Shown here: positions 8,731-18,961 of the stretch, piece after piece | How the letters are laid out: every line of letters starts with the position of its first letter | Numbering within the stretch: the first letter of the stretch is position 1 | DNA from: an uncultured virus (IMG/VR IMGVR_UViG_3300030708_001148) | Lineage: Duplodnaviria; Heunggongvirae; Uroviricota; Caudoviricetes | IMG/VR virus record: IMGVR_UViG_3300030708_001148 | Length of the DNA stretch: 64,000 nucleotides | Reading direction: 5' to 3' (one strand) | Notes under the pieces: model-generated | Seen by the model: only the letters and a program-made list of their open reading frames with translations | Databases searched by the model: none | What the model was told of the DNA's origin: nothing | Position numbers and translations under genes: made by a program

Positions 8731-10310
8731 CATTGACTACGTTTGCTAGGATGTGTGAGACTCTTGAGGAACAATCACCCTCTGTGAAGCAGTTTACTGT
8801 TAATCAGGGATTGTCTGCATTCAAGAAGAATGAGAAGAAACTAGTAGTGCAGATTCTAGCACTGGAGTTACCTCAGAACAATATCGCACAGGTGAAAGCC
8901 ACTAAGTGGTTAGCATCAGCATTCGATGTTGTTGTTTCTGATATATCATCCACTAAGAGAAAGTGGGGAGACTTGGGACAGGCAATGTACTACAGTTCCT
9001 TTGTAGATACCGATTGTGGTATGACCATAAATGAGTTTCATAGGTTGTTGAATCTAGATTGCTCTAACATGCAGGGCGATTCATACCGTATCATCTCAGA
9101 GGCATTGAGAACCATGTCAGGACTTGAGTTGAAGTGGTTCGTTAGATATTGGTTGAGAACACCTAGAAACGGATTGGGCAAGGGTTCCAATGGTGTTTTG
9201 AAGAAGGCATTGCAGAACCACTACTTTGAGGATAGGATAACAAATTGGTCTAAGTTCAATGAACTGCATAAGATTGTAGAGGCATTGGAGGATAAGAGAG
9301 AACCACCAGAGGGTCTAACCATTGGTAGTCCAATCAAGCCTATGTTGGCTAAGAAGTATGACGGCTCTATTCCATTCCATAACATGCACTTTGATATCAA
9401 GTATGATGGTAACAGATATCTAATTCATTGTATCGGGGAAGGAGACTATATCATTTTCAATAGAGCAAGAAAAATTATTGAGAATGCTAGGTTCCAAGAT
9501 GTGCTTGATATCATGGACACATGGTGGGGAGGGTTCGTAGACGAAGACGGTAGTATGGGAAAACTACTTCCAAAAACCATACTAGATTGTGAAATATATC
9601 CTGTAGATGAAGAGGGCAATCCAGTTGAACACCAAAGAATGGGTAAGAGGGTTCACTCCAATGACATAGAGGAAGCAATAAGAGAATGCCCTGTTCAGTT
9701 AGTGGTGTTTGATATGTTGATGTGTAATGGAAACACGTTAATTGACCAACCATACAGACAAAGACTAGATGATTTACCAGAGTGTGTTCCTGAATCCTAC
9801 ATAGCAACATCATTAGATTCACTTGATGCCGGATACAACATTGCTATTGCTAGGGGATTTGAAGGTATCATGATTAAGAATCTAGATGCACCTTATGATA
9901 TGGGTAAGCGTAGTTCAAATTTATTGAAACACAAACCACCGAGGTTTGAGTTCGATGTTGTAGTAACCAGTGCTGAATATGGTGATGGTAAGAGAGCGCA
10001 TGTCTTCGGAACTTATGGTATCTCATGTAGTGATGGTAACGGCGGATATGTTCCCGTTGGTTCAGTTGGTACTGGCTTCTCTGAGAAGCAATTGATGTCA
10101 TTGACTGTAACCTTGAAGAAGATTGTAGCCGCTTATAGCAATCCAGTATACCACTTCTTACCCAGAGTAGTATTGCAGGTAACTTGTGATGCAGTCACGA
10201 CAAACCAAGATGGCTCTGTGGGTTTGAGGTTCCCAAGACTGATGAGAATTAGAGATGACAAAGCCGCTAGTGAGGTAGATACGATTGAAATGATTCAATC
10301 ATCAATATGA
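8727..10310 (+). CDS. lig: ATP-dependent DNA ligase
   Basis: KPMLA, motif I KYDG, EGIMIK, motif VI LRFPR...RDDK; N-terminal DNA-binding domain. Confidence 0.95.
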   Translation: MTLTTFARMCETLEEQSPSVKQFTVNQGLSAFKKNEKKLVVQILALELPQNNIAQVKATKWLASAFDVVVSDISSTKRKWGDLGQAMYYSSFVDTDCGMTINEFHRLLNLDCSNMQGDSYRIISEALRTMSGLELKWFVRYWLRTPRNGLGKGSNGVLKKALQNHYFEDRITNWSKFNELHKIVEALEDKREPPEGLTIGSPIKPMLAKKYDGSIPFHNMHFDIKYDGNRYLIHCIGEGDYIIFNRARKIIENARFQDVLDIMDTWWGGFVDEDGSMGKLLPKTILDCEIYPVDEEGNPVEHQRMGKRVHSNDIEEAIRECPVQLVVFDMLMCNGNTLIDQPYRQRLDDLPECVPESYIATSLDSLDAGYNIAIARGFEGIMIKNLDAPYDMGKRSSNLLKHKPPRFEFDVVVTSAEYGDGKRAHVFGTYGISCSDGNGGYVPVGSVGTGFSEKQLMSLTVTLKKIVAAYSNPVYHFLPRVVLQVTCDAVTTNQDGSVGLRFPRLMRIRDDKAASEVDTIEMIQSSI

Positions 10311-10345
10311 TTATATGATGTACCATAGTCAGGAGTAATGATAAA

Positions 10346-10777
10346 TTGATACCCTTAGACTGTTTGATTGGCATATTGTTTGCGTCTTGTCGCAACACAA
10401 TTACCATTGTCAGAAGTGACCAAACTAAGTTCGGGTACAAGATTCTACTCTCATCCTCAATAAGAGCAGATGAACCGACACTACAAGCAATCCAACGAAC
10501 GCTATATCAACAGAACATAGAAAGTAAGTTGATTCCAAAGGAAAGCAAGAGTTACCCTAAGCCTATACTGAAAATCACTAAGGTCAGGAATCTAAGAATG
10601 TTGACCACTCTCATAGTAGGTCATACTAACTTGTATCGTAAACTCCCAGAAGAGATACTAGGCCAATGGCTAGAATTTGAAAGAGTCATTGGTTATATTG
10701 AAAACAAAGAACACTACACTACCGATGGTTTTGATAGGATAGTGGAGATAAAGGAGAGTTGGAATGGCGGAAATTAA
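10346..10777 (+). CDS. Free-standing LAGLIDADG-fold protein, probably a degenerate homing endonuclease
   Basis: LIGILFASC at the LAGLIDADG position, FGYKI strand and C-terminal KEHYTTDGFDRIVEIK, typical of single-domain LAGLIDADG proteins. Confidence 0.6.
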   Translation: MIPLDCLIGILFASCRNTITIVRSDQTKFGYKILLSSSIRADEPTLQAIQRTLYQQNIESKLIPKESKSYPKPILKITKVRNLRMLTTLIVGHTNLYRKLPEEILGQWLEFERVIGYIENKEHYTTDGFDRIVEIKESWNGGN

Positions 10778-11090
10778 GTGTGTTAGATGCAATATGCATA
10801 ATGTCTCACTTCACGGACAAATCTGTGATGTGTGTAATTTGAACATAACGTTCAACAAGGTTCCTCCAGAGAAGATGGGTGAGTCAGAGAAGATGGAATT
10901 CTATGTACACCAAAGAATACTAGCAGGGTGTCGGGAATGTGGCAATCGAGATTTCGGTTTCAATGCTGGAGTTAAAGAGGAAGATGGATTAAAATGGTAT
11001 ATGATGTATGTGGAATGTCCCGCATGCAACACAGAATATGTAGATGTAATGGAGATGGATTACGAAAATGTCAATAGTGAATGTGAATAA
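10764..11090 (+). CDS. Double zinc-finger protein
   Basis: Four CxxC motifs. Confidence 0.65.
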   Translation: MAEIKCVRCNMHNVSLHGQICDVCNLNITFNKVPPEKMGESEKMEFYVHQRILAGCRECGNRDFGFNAGVKEEDGLKWYMMYVECPACNTEYVDVMEMDYENVNSECE

Positions 11091-11919
11091 TGATAGAACA
11101 ATAATAGTAATAGGAAAAGATAGAGATGCAAAGATGACGAAGGCTATGACCTTCGTGTCTGATTCGCCACTTATCTTCTATGCCAATGAGTATAACATAG
11201 AGGATAACTATTCGATACCGGAGGAAATAGGTATCATAATAGAAGAGGTAGACTTCAAGCCCAAGACAGACTTAATCAAGAGAACTATGCTAGAATATAG
11301 GGGTCAGGTCGTATTGCTTTCTTCCAACAAGAAAAGCGTACCGAAGCCAATCTTCAACCTATGTCAAGTCAAGACTGCTTATACTAAGGTAGTGGATAAA
11401 CACATAGAAGAAATAGCACCTAACTCAGATGATAGAGATGCATATGAACAAGATATATTTCCATTGGTTAGAAGTTACCTCCTATCTAGTAACAGGGATA
11501 AGGTGGCTCAAGTTCTGAAGTTAAACAGACCTCCAGACGTACAACTGATGACATGGCTAAGTAGCAACGTACATCCAAACAAACTGACTTTTGTTGACTT
11601 GAATGTCAAGAGAAGATGGAGTAGTGATTACTTCTACGAGTTGTTGGCATATTCTCATGATGGTAAGGTACATAGAAAGATGGAGATGCCAAAGAGAGGT
11701 TCTTACTCTAAGATTCCCAGACTTCTAAGAAGGTTGGGACTGAAACCTAGAGATGCTTATCTATTCAAGAATCTGATTGAGGATGATAATGTCAAGAAGA
11801 ACTTCAAGAGTAAGTGTAACAATGAGGAATGTAGACTACTAGGTTTAGGCGAGAAGCGTAGGTTAAAGCGATACGCAAGAAAACCTGTGGATATGACTTT
11901 GGATAGGTGGTTTTCGTAA
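11068..11919 (+). CDS. Degenerate clamp-loader large subunit-like protein
   Basis: Decayed Walker A (IGKDRDAKMT), Walker B-like IIIEEVD and a C-terminal PIP-like MTLDRWF; lies near RFC small. Confidence 0.6.
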   Translation: MSIVNVNNDRTIIVIGKDRDAKMTKAMTFVSDSPLIFYANEYNIEDNYSIPEEIGIIIEEVDFKPKTDLIKRTMLEYRGQVVLLSSNKKSVPKPIFNLCQVKTAYTKVVDKHIEEIAPNSDDRDAYEQDIFPLVRSYLLSSNRDKVAQVLKLNRPPDVQLMTWLSSNVHPNKLTFVDLNVKRRWSSDYFYELLAYSHDGKVHRKMEMPKRGSYSKIPRLLRRLGLKPRDAYLFKNLIEDDNVKKNFKSKCNNEECRLLGLGEKRRLKRYARKPVDMTLDRWFS

Positions 11920-12179
11920 TGGCAGGACCACTAACGCACAAGTACAGAATCCTAGCAATGGATGAGTTTGGCAAAACCATTGCTAAAGACAGAGAATTTG
12001 AGTTCAGGGAACTATTGGAGTTCATGAACACATACAAAAACAAGCAAGGCAGACCACATAGGTTTGTGCCATTAACGAAACAACAACTAGGCAATTTATT
12101 GCAGAGTCATCTAGACTTTGCATATCTTGGTAGAACAACATGGAAATATAAAGGTGAATTAGATGAAGATAAACAATAG
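11919..12179 (+). CDS. Hypothetical protein, possible winged helix
   Basis: TAATG-coupled; helix-rich with a C-terminal W-containing strand. Confidence 0.5.
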   Translation: MAGPLTHKYRILAMDEFGKTIAKDREFEFRELLEFMNTYKNKQGRPHRFVPLTKQQLGNLLQSHLDFAYLGRTTWKYKGELDEDKQ

Positions 12180-12615
12180 AAGAAAATGTGAATTTATAAT
12201 GCCTGATGGGTTTAGGTGTAATCGCACCTTCTCTCATAGAGGCGGAATAGGTGGAGGCAGTCGTGGTAAGTACTGTGAAGAACACAGGCGAACAACGGCG
12301 GCAGGACTAGTGAAGTCAACAAACGTTCATGCTCAGTCAGGTAATGACGCTAAGATGCGAGAATGGGTAATAAAAGAGATGGCAAAGGAAGAAAGGCTTG
12401 CACAAAAAGTACGCAACCTAAACAAAAGAGTAGATGATTTACGTAATTTTCTAGAAGATGGTTCTCTCTTAGAAGCGAGAATAACGAAGGTCATAGAGAG
12501 AATGATAGCAGAAGGGAAATTTTCGGACACCTCAAAACTTGAATCAATGATAATGCAAGTGAATAACAAGGTTGTTCGTATGATGAATGATGAAAATAAA
12601 AATGAAGAGGAATGA
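12163..12615 (+). CDS. Zinc-finger/coiled-coil protein
   Basis: C...C...CEEH motif followed by a coiled coil. Confidence 0.55.
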   Translation: MKINNRRKCEFIMPDGFRCNRTFSHRGGIGGGSRGKYCEEHRRTTAAGLVKSTNVHAQSGNDAKMREWVIKEMAKEERLAQKVRNLNKRVDDLRNFLEDGSLLEARITKVIERMIAEGKFSDTSKLESMIMQVNNKVVRMMNDENKNEEE

Positions 12616-12619
12616 GAAT

Positions 12620-13558
12620 ATGTTATGGACAGAAAAATATAGGCCAACAAGACTGAATGAATTGAGAGGACAAAGTAATTTTGTCGTTGATGCGGAGCAT
12701 TGGATAGAAAGTAAGGAAATGCCAAACCTACTATTGTATGGAAAAGCAGGGACAGGTAAGACTACTGCCGCACTGATAGTTGCAAAACACATCTTAGGTG
12801 ATAGTTTAGAGGGTAATTTCTTTGAGGTTAATGCATCAGATGATAGGAAACTAGAGACAATAAGAACTGTAGTTAAGGAAATATCATCCACTAGAGTACT
12901 AGGTGATGCCCCTTACAAGATAATACTACTAGATGAGATGGATGGTATGACTAAGGATGCACAGAATGCATTGAAGAGAACTATGGAGAGGTATCATGAG
13001 AATTGTAGATTCATTATTACATGTAATGATAGATACAAGATTATTCATCCTCTTATATCACGCTGTGCGAACTATAGGTTCAGGAGATTAAACAATGATG
13101 AGATTAGGTTAACGCTTGACAAGGTACTTCAAAATGAACAAGAAATCACTTCCAAGTTTTCTGATGGGCTATCTTCGTTCTCAGATGAGGAAATGGAGTT
13201 GTTTATAGAAGGGTTACATGGTGACTTACGTAGAGGGATTACGGAACTACAAGCGGCTATAGCAAGCGGAAAAGGACTGGCATCCCAAACCAGAAAATTG
13301 CAAGAACCATATGAGGAAATATTACAATTGGTCAATAAGAATAATCATGAAAATGCGCTCAAGGAGGTTCACAAACTAATCTATCAGTCAGTCGAGATGA
13401 AGGAAATCTGTGTGCATCTTCACGATGTCATAATTAATTGTGACTTAGAGTACGCCCAAAAATTCAAACTACTCAGAGTAGTCGGGGAAGCAGAATGGAG
13501 AAGCAATAACATGACTCCCAAAGTACTGGCTTCTTGGATGATAGGGCAGATGGTCTGA
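12620..13558 (+). CDS. rfcS: Replication factor C small subunit (clamp loader)
   Basis: WTEKYRP, GKAGTGKT, NASD, LDEMD, SRC motif. Confidence 0.95.
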   Translation: MLWTEKYRPTRLNELRGQSNFVVDAEHWIESKEMPNLLLYGKAGTGKTTAALIVAKHILGDSLEGNFFEVNASDDRKLETIRTVVKEISSTRVLGDAPYKIILLDEMDGMTKDAQNALKRTMERYHENCRFIITCNDRYKIIHPLISRCANYRFRRLNNDEIRLTLDKVLQNEQEITSKFSDGLSSFSDEEMELFIEGLHGDLRRGITELQAAIASGKGLASQTRKLQEPYEEILQLVNKNNHENALKEVHKLIYQSVEMKEICVHLHDVIINCDLEYAQKFKLLRVVGEAEWRSNNMTPKVLASWMIGQMV

Positions 13559-13635
13559 TGGATGGGCTATCTCTTCTATTCATACTAGTAATATGGAGAC
13601 TGATTTACAAATCAATGGATAGAAGGTGGCCTTAA
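13558..13635 (+). CDS. Micro-ORF, hydrophobic peptide (MDGLSLLFILVIWRLIYKSMDRRWP)
   Basis: Translated by hand; start overlaps the rfcS stop (TGATG) and the ORF fills the gap. Confidence 0.35.
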   Translation: MDGLSLLFILVIWRLIYKSMDRRWP

Positions 13636-13640
13636 TATGA

Positions 13641-13895
13641 ATGGTGATAAGAATGGTAAGAAAGATATTGGATTTAAACGATGACGGAAAGATAGATGCA
13701 GAAGACTTCAAGCATCTACTATTGCGATACGAGATAATACTCGTAGGAGGATTACTCCTAATCGCACTCCCCCTGTTGAAACTAGCAGGGGTATTGACAT
13801 TAGATTCCGATTGGTTCTGGATTTTGGCAGGTGTTGTCATAAGTGCAGAAGCCGTATTGGAAATCTTACAAACAAAAAAGAAAAAAAATAGGTGA
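13641..13895 (+). CDS. Small two-TM membrane protein with an EF-hand/dockerin-like loop
   Basis: DLNDDGKIDAED, two hydrophobic segments and a basic tail. Confidence 0.65.
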   Translation: MVIRMVRKILDLNDDGKIDAEDFKHLLLRYEIILVGGLLLIALPLLKLAGVLTLDSDWFWILAGVVISAEAVLEILQTKKKKNR

Positions 13896-15136
13896 AAAAA
13901 ATGGATAAAGAAATAATGAATGAGTTGGAAAAAGCGGCAGAATTGCTGAGTATGGATATGGGTGACATAGAAAAGAAGTGGAACGAGATAGTTGACACTA
14001 ATGGACTGGAGTTACCAAAGGAACAACTGCTTGCAAGAGGATTGTTTAGGCAATGGTATGCAAGTGTTAGGGTTGTACAGAAGAGTGACAACGAGGGTTC
14101 TTCCTCGTCTGGTAACTCACTGTTCAAGAATGCCTTTGGTTTCTTCATATCTCTAGACGATGCTAGGGATATGATGGCTATCCAAAGAGAAAGGATTGTC
14201 AATGAGTACAAGAGAGACTCAGAGACTACTTACAATCTCGGTAAGGTTGCTATAATCTCTAATCATGCAGATGGTTTTGAGATGAGAAGAATGGGTAAGA
14301 CATCGGAGTCCGATGCAATGACTGAACTAGTCGGTGTAATCGAGGCACTACCTTCTAACAATGTAGAGTTGGACAATGGACAGTTCCTAGTTCCAGTAGA
14401 TACCACTGAGAACTACGGCCCAAGACCGAATCCAAACTTCGGTAAGCCCCTACCTGCATCTGAGTTTAGAAGAAGTGGTGTGTTCATTGGGGAGGTAGAT
14501 GGAGTGCTAGGTAAGTACTTCTTCAACTACAAGGGTGAGCATGTAGTGAACTTCACTCCAAAGACCTTTGAGTATGTGCATTTCACATGCATACTAAACT
14601 CAACCGATGCTACAAGGATTCACGGTGCTACTGATAAGACTATGATGTCACTCGTATACAATGAAGATTTGTCTGATGACGATGAGAAGAAGGTAGATGT
14701 GTCTGCTCTCTCCGTACAGGATGAGATAATGAGTAGGTCTGAGGATAACTACAGTCCTCTGGTTGACCTAGAGAGATATCATCAGAAGGTGAATGATAAG
14801 ACGTACAACGATAGGTTCGTCTTCACTGACGGTACTGCGACTAGCATCAACATGAAGGCTACTAAGAATGGAAACAGAATACTGAATCTCAGTGACCTGA
14901 ATGCTGACTTCGTAGATGATGGTGGAATAACCACTTGTTGGGTTCCTGAGAACATTGACATTGATTTCGGCATAGGAAGCAATGTAATCGTAGTGGGAAG
15001 AACATCACAAGGCACTGATGAATCAGGAAACCTAAGACCAGTTTCAATCAATGTTACTGGACTATGTGTTCTGGACAAGAGAGGTGGCCCTCCTACGGCA
15101 GAAGCACCTGTTGAGGATAACGCAAACTGGGTGTGA
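13892..15136 (+). CDS. Putative OB-fold ssDNA-binding protein (RPA/SSB-like)
   Basis: Position in the replication cluster; C-terminal OB-like strands (GSNVIVVGRT, SINVTG); acidic/aromatic tail. Confidence 0.6.
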   Translation: MKKMDKEIMNELEKAAELLSMDMGDIEKKWNEIVDTNGLELPKEQLLARGLFRQWYASVRVVQKSDNEGSSSSGNSLFKNAFGFFISLDDARDMMAIQRERIVNEYKRDSETTYNLGKVAIISNHADGFEMRRMGKTSESDAMTELVGVIEALPSNNVELDNGQFLVPVDTTENYGPRPNPNFGKPLPASEFRRSGVFIGEVDGVLGKYFFNYKGEHVVNFTPKTFEYVHFTCILNSTDATRIHGATDKTMMSLVYNEDLSDDDEKKVDVSALSVQDEIMSRSEDNYSPLVDLERYHQKVNDKTYNDRFVFTDGTATSINMKATKNGNRILNLSDLNADFVDDGGITTCWVPENIDIDFGIGSNVIVVGRTSQGTDESGNLRPVSINVTGLCVLDKRGGPPTAEAPVEDNANWV

Positions 15137-15411
15137 TTGTGATGAGTGAAGGTAAGGGATATTACTCTACCTTCCGAGTTTCTGTTGGTAGCGGGTACAA
15201 ACACGCTGTCATACATGGGGGCAGTTACTCAATCCCATCTACGAATGTGGATTTTGTAACTTGGAAGAAGAACATTGAGACTGGTGAGTATTGGGCAAAA
15301 CTACACACTATGTCTGGTAAAGAAGTTAGGTTGAAGGTTGACCATGATGAATTGAACAGGCTATTGAAAACGTGTGGTAATGATGAAGTATACTATGGTG
15401 AGGAAGCATGA
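15133..15411 (+). CDS. Hypothetical protein
   Basis: Coupled ORF. Confidence 0.55.
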   Translation: MIVMSEGKGYYSTFRVSVGSGYKHAVIHGGSYSIPSTNVDFVTWKKNIETGEYWAKLHTMSGKEVRLKVDHDELNRLLKTCGNDEVYYGEEA

Positions 15412-16322
15412 GTTGGGCAAGTAAGAATGAAGAGAATACAGATGCACTACCTAAGATGTCTTATGAAGAGAGAAGACAGAAAATAAGAGAACAGGTAGCA
15501 AATAGGTTAGCACAAGACAGAGCGTTTCTCAGATGCTCCATTGCAGGAAACCCTAAGACTGGCAAATCTGGGGTTGCTATGGATTGTAGAACCGAAGAGG
15601 AAATCAAGAAGGGAATGAAAGTTCGTATCTTGGACTTGGATGACGGTTCGACACCGACATGGCATACAGCATGGGAGAAAGACCCCAACATAGAAATCTA
15701 TGTTCCACAGGAAGATTGCTATCGTGTAGATGGTACTATTGATTGGGAAGAGGCTTTCTTGAATTGCAACGCATGGATGGAAGAAACTAGGGAGATGGTT
15801 TCTGAGGGCATCGTCAAGGCTGTTGTGCTAGATGGTGTAGACAAGGTTAGGGATGCATCGTCTGATGTGTTCAGAGAACATCTGGTGAAAGGTGCTAGAA
15901 AGAAAGGACAAGTTATCATGGATACAGATAGCATGAAACCTCCGTCAACTCTAGATTGGAGAATACGAAACCAAGTACATGACAGGGTAGTGAATCCGTT
16001 CTACTCACTACAATGTGATGTGTATTTCGTAACACACATGAAACCAATCTATGAGGGAATAGCAGTACCAGTACCCATAGGGTTTGAACCGGATTGGTAC
16101 AAGACAGTACCACAACACATGTATCAGATGATTGAGATACATGAACTAAAGAAGGGAAACTACACTGAGTTTGTTGCACGGCTAAAGGCTTGCAAGACTA
16201 ATCCTTCTCTTGTTGGAAAGGAATGGGTAGTGTTCAGAGTAAAGAACTACTCTGGTGAGGAAACTCTAGATGACAATGAATGGTTTGGCATACCAGAATT
16301 GAAGACTGGAGAACTAAAGTAG
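15408..16322 (+). CDS. RecA-fold/AAA_24-type ATPase (Sak4/RadB-like)
   Basis: GNPKTGKS, ILDLDDG, VVLDGVD, VTH; lies just downstream of the SSB gene. Confidence 0.72.
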   Translation: MSWASKNEENTDALPKMSYEERRQKIREQVANRLAQDRAFLRCSIAGNPKTGKSGVAMDCRTEEEIKKGMKVRILDLDDGSTPTWHTAWEKDPNIEIYVPQEDCYRVDGTIDWEEAFLNCNAWMEETREMVSEGIVKAVVLDGVDKVRDASSDVFREHLVKGARKKGQVIMDTDSMKPPSTLDWRIRNQVHDRVVNPFYSLQCDVYFVTHMKPIYEGIAVPVPIGFEPDWYKTVPQHMYQMIEIHELKKGNYTEFVARLKACKTNPSLVGKEWVVFRVKNYSGEETLDDNEWFGIPELKTGELK

Positions 16323-16335
16323 AACAAAGGAAAAC

Positions 16336-17112
16336 GTGATGAAAATGAATATACAAATAATAAACACGAAATTGATAGAAGCGTTGAAGAAAGTGAAAGT
16401 AAAGGGCAAATACTACACAGGCGGCTCAACTAAGAATGAGTCTATGGGAAACCATGTTGCAATAGGTGCATCCTCTAACGGGGTGCGCCTATGCAACGCC
16501 AACCATTTTGCTATGTGTAGAATAGATATTGAGTCACATGACAAGACAGTAATAGTAAACAAACCGGGAGACATCGTGGTTGAGATTGACAAGTTAATTG
16601 CGAACCTAAATGGATTCAGTAAGGATACTTTGCTAGATATCGAAGCAGGGGATTACCTAGAGATAGGTGGACCTAGTGGGTTAGCCAAGATGCCATTAAT
16701 GATGAATCACCCTTTACCTGCCGCCATCAATCAAATACAGAATATGTCTATCTCAGACAAGGTGGTAGTAGGTAAGACAGAACTGACAACTAAACTACAG
16801 ATACTACCATTGTTAGTAGAGCCTGTAGTAAAGGGTTGCAAGATAATTGACATTGGCCGATACAAGTTTGACTATGATTCTTCAAGAGAGAATCTTGTAA
16901 TCTCAACGAGCAAGTCGGCAACAGAAGGTTTCTCTGCTAGTGTAGGAATAGTGGAGTCAGAAGGTGAGTCTGCTATTGTGGAATTCAGTGGACCGTTTCT
17001 TGATTTCTTCAACCCCGCAGTAGCATTGAATGTGTGTATGAGAGATGATGCACCAATCGTATTCTACAACGACAATGAATTACTAGTGAAAGCACCTTTC
17101 ATAGAGGGATAG
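16336..17112 (+). CDS. pcn: Sliding clamp (PCNA-like)
   Basis: About 255 aa with a beta-rich clamp pattern, C-terminal DDAPIVF...LVKAP, directly upstream of PolB; RFC is present. Confidence 0.7.
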   Translation: MMKMNIQIINTKLIEALKKVKVKGKYYTGGSTKNESMGNHVAIGASSNGVRLCNANHFAMCRIDIESHDKTVIVNKPGDIVVEIDKLIANLNGFSKDTLLDIEAGDYLEIGGPSGLAKMPLMMNHPLPAAINQIQNMSISDKVVVGKTELTTKLQILPLLVEPVVKGCKIIDIGRYKFDYDSSRENLVISTSKSATEGFSASVGIVESEGESAIVEFSGPFLDFFNPAVALNVCMRDDAPIVFYNDNELLVKAPFIEG

Positions 17113-17113
17113 G

Positions 17114-18856
17114 ATGATAATAAGTAAGATAGACAAGGGATTAGGAATATCGTATAGAAAGAATGGTAAGTTAGAGAGAAAGTACATATCGTTTAATGAG
17201 TTTCAACCCTACTTCTATATTGGCATGACCATTACAAAACCAAATAGTTGGGCTAAGTCAGAGACAACCTCCAATGATTGGGAGTCTGTTGACTTTGAGA
17301 GGTACTCCAAGATGTACATCAAAGATAATTTTGGTAGTGTGAATGTCAAGATTCAGTTTGAGAAAACAGATGCCGTATCATTGCATGGAGATAATCTGAT
17401 GAAGGTCACTTGGAAACCAAGTAGGCCCGAATACACAAGAAGGATTGCTGAGAGAATGACTAGTTATGGTTTCAATACCTATGAAGGCGATGTACCTTTC
17501 CATTATCGCTACGCCGTTGATGAAATTCAAGACATGCCGGAGTATGAGATGCGTAAGATGTATTGGGATATGGAATGGATGCAAGGTGGAGAGTATGATG
17601 ATGCAATCACATGTATCGTGGCATACGATAGTTTCGACAAACAGTATACCACATTCGGTTGGTTTCCAGATGAAGCGGAGTTCATACCAACAGATGGTCT
17701 GGATGAGGCGAACAATGACCACAGGTTCTTTGAGGATGAACAGGGTATGTTGGAAGAGTTTCTGAAATATGTTATGGACAAAGACCCGGACATGTTGTTA
17801 TCTTGGTTCGGTTGGAAGTTCGATATGCCAAAACTATTGCAACGTTTAGTTCATCATAAGATAGACCCACGCTTTCTATCTCCGTTTCAAGAGATAGACG
17901 GCATAGGTTGGAAGGAGAAAGTACCGACATACAGTAAGAGAATAGAGAACTGGAGTCCTATATACCAACCAGTCAAGGGTAGAATCTGTTTTCCATTGGA
18001 CTTGGCATTTGAACGTCAATGGAACGATGCACAGAAAGGCACGTTGCCCTCTATGGCTTTGGACTACGTGGCAGAAACTGTACTAGGAGAAAAGAAGTTA
18101 GTCAGTGAAAAGTTTCCAGATAAGAATGAATTCTTCAAGAGAGGATGGTTAGAAGACACGGAGACATATCTTGAGTATGCTAGAGTGGATGTTGAACTGC
18201 TAGTGAGAATAGATAATTCCAATCATACATCAGAATCAGTTTTGGCCCTACAAAGACTGTTGAAAGCACCATTCGATGCTTGTTTCTATGCTAGTAACAT
18301 GGGTAGCATATACTTCATGCGTCATGCACATTGGAAAGCACCAACAGGAAAGAAGGGAGAAAGGGCAGATTATGATGGAGCAATGGTATACGACCCGTTG
18401 AGCGAAGGAACAAATGGTCTGCATCACAATGTAGCCGCATTCGATTTCGCAGGTCTATACCCTTCGATGATAATCTCAAGGAATATTTCTTGGGAAACCA
18501 TATCTAAGGAACCTACTGAACTTGCAGTCAACATAAAGACACCAAAGGATTTCTCTCCAGTTGTAGAGAAGTACATGAGATACTTCAAGACAGACAAACT
18601 TGGATTGCTACCACGTTCTGTTCTAGAATTGAAAACACTCAGGCAGAAGTATAAGGAGAACATGAAGAAGTATCCAGATGAGTATGCTAAGTGGAACAAC
18701 AACCAACTTGCTGTTAAGAGGTTGATGGCATCCTTCTACGGTATCATTGCGTATCAGGGATTTGGTTGGGCTGATGTTAGACTAGCAGAAAGCATTACTG
18801 CTAGTGCTAGAGAAGCAATAAGAGAAGCCGCTAGATTAGCAAAGGAGATGGACTGA
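17114..18856 (+). CDS. polB: Family B DNA polymerase, N-terminal subunit (3'-5' exonuclease, motifs A and B)
   Basis: ExoI WDMEW, ExoII KFD, ExoIII YARVD, DFAGLYPS, KRLMASFYG; ends just before motif C. Confidence 0.93.
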   Translation: MIISKIDKGLGISYRKNGKLERKYISFNEFQPYFYIGMTITKPNSWAKSETTSNDWESVDFERYSKMYIKDNFGSVNVKIQFEKTDAVSLHGDNLMKVTWKPSRPEYTRRIAERMTSYGFNTYEGDVPFHYRYAVDEIQDMPEYEMRKMYWDMEWMQGGEYDDAITCIVAYDSFDKQYTTFGWFPDEAEFIPTDGLDEANNDHRFFEDEQGMLEEFLKYVMDKDPDMLLSWFGWKFDMPKLLQRLVHHKIDPRFLSPFQEIDGIGWKEKVPTYSKRIENWSPIYQPVKGRICFPLDLAFERQWNDAQKGTLPSMALDYVAETVLGEKKLVSEKFPDKNEFFKRGWLEDTETYLEYARVDVELLVRIDNSNHTSESVLALQRLLKAPFDACFYASNMGSIYFMRHAHWKAPTGKKGERADYDGAMVYDPLSEGTNGLHHNVAAFDFAGLYPSMIISRNISWETISKEPTELAVNIKTPKDFSPVVEKYMRYFKTDKLGLLPRSVLELKTLRQKYKENMKKYPDEYAKWNNNQLAVKRLMASFYGIIAYQGFGWADVRLAESITASAREAIREAARLAKEMD

Positions 18857-18961
18857 ATGAATGGTATTGTCACAGTAAAGTGCGAGACTTGTGATAAGTA
18901 TATCATGATGGGAAACAGGTGGTGTCGTGAGTGTATCGAAAAGCAGGTGGAAGAGGAATGA
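18857..18961 (+). CDS. 34 aa zinc-finger mini-ORF inside the PolB split
   Basis: Hand translation MNGIVTVKCETCDKYIMMGNRWCRECIEKQVEEE. Confidence 0.55.
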   Translation: MNGIVTVKCETCDKYIMMGNRWCRECIEKQVEEE

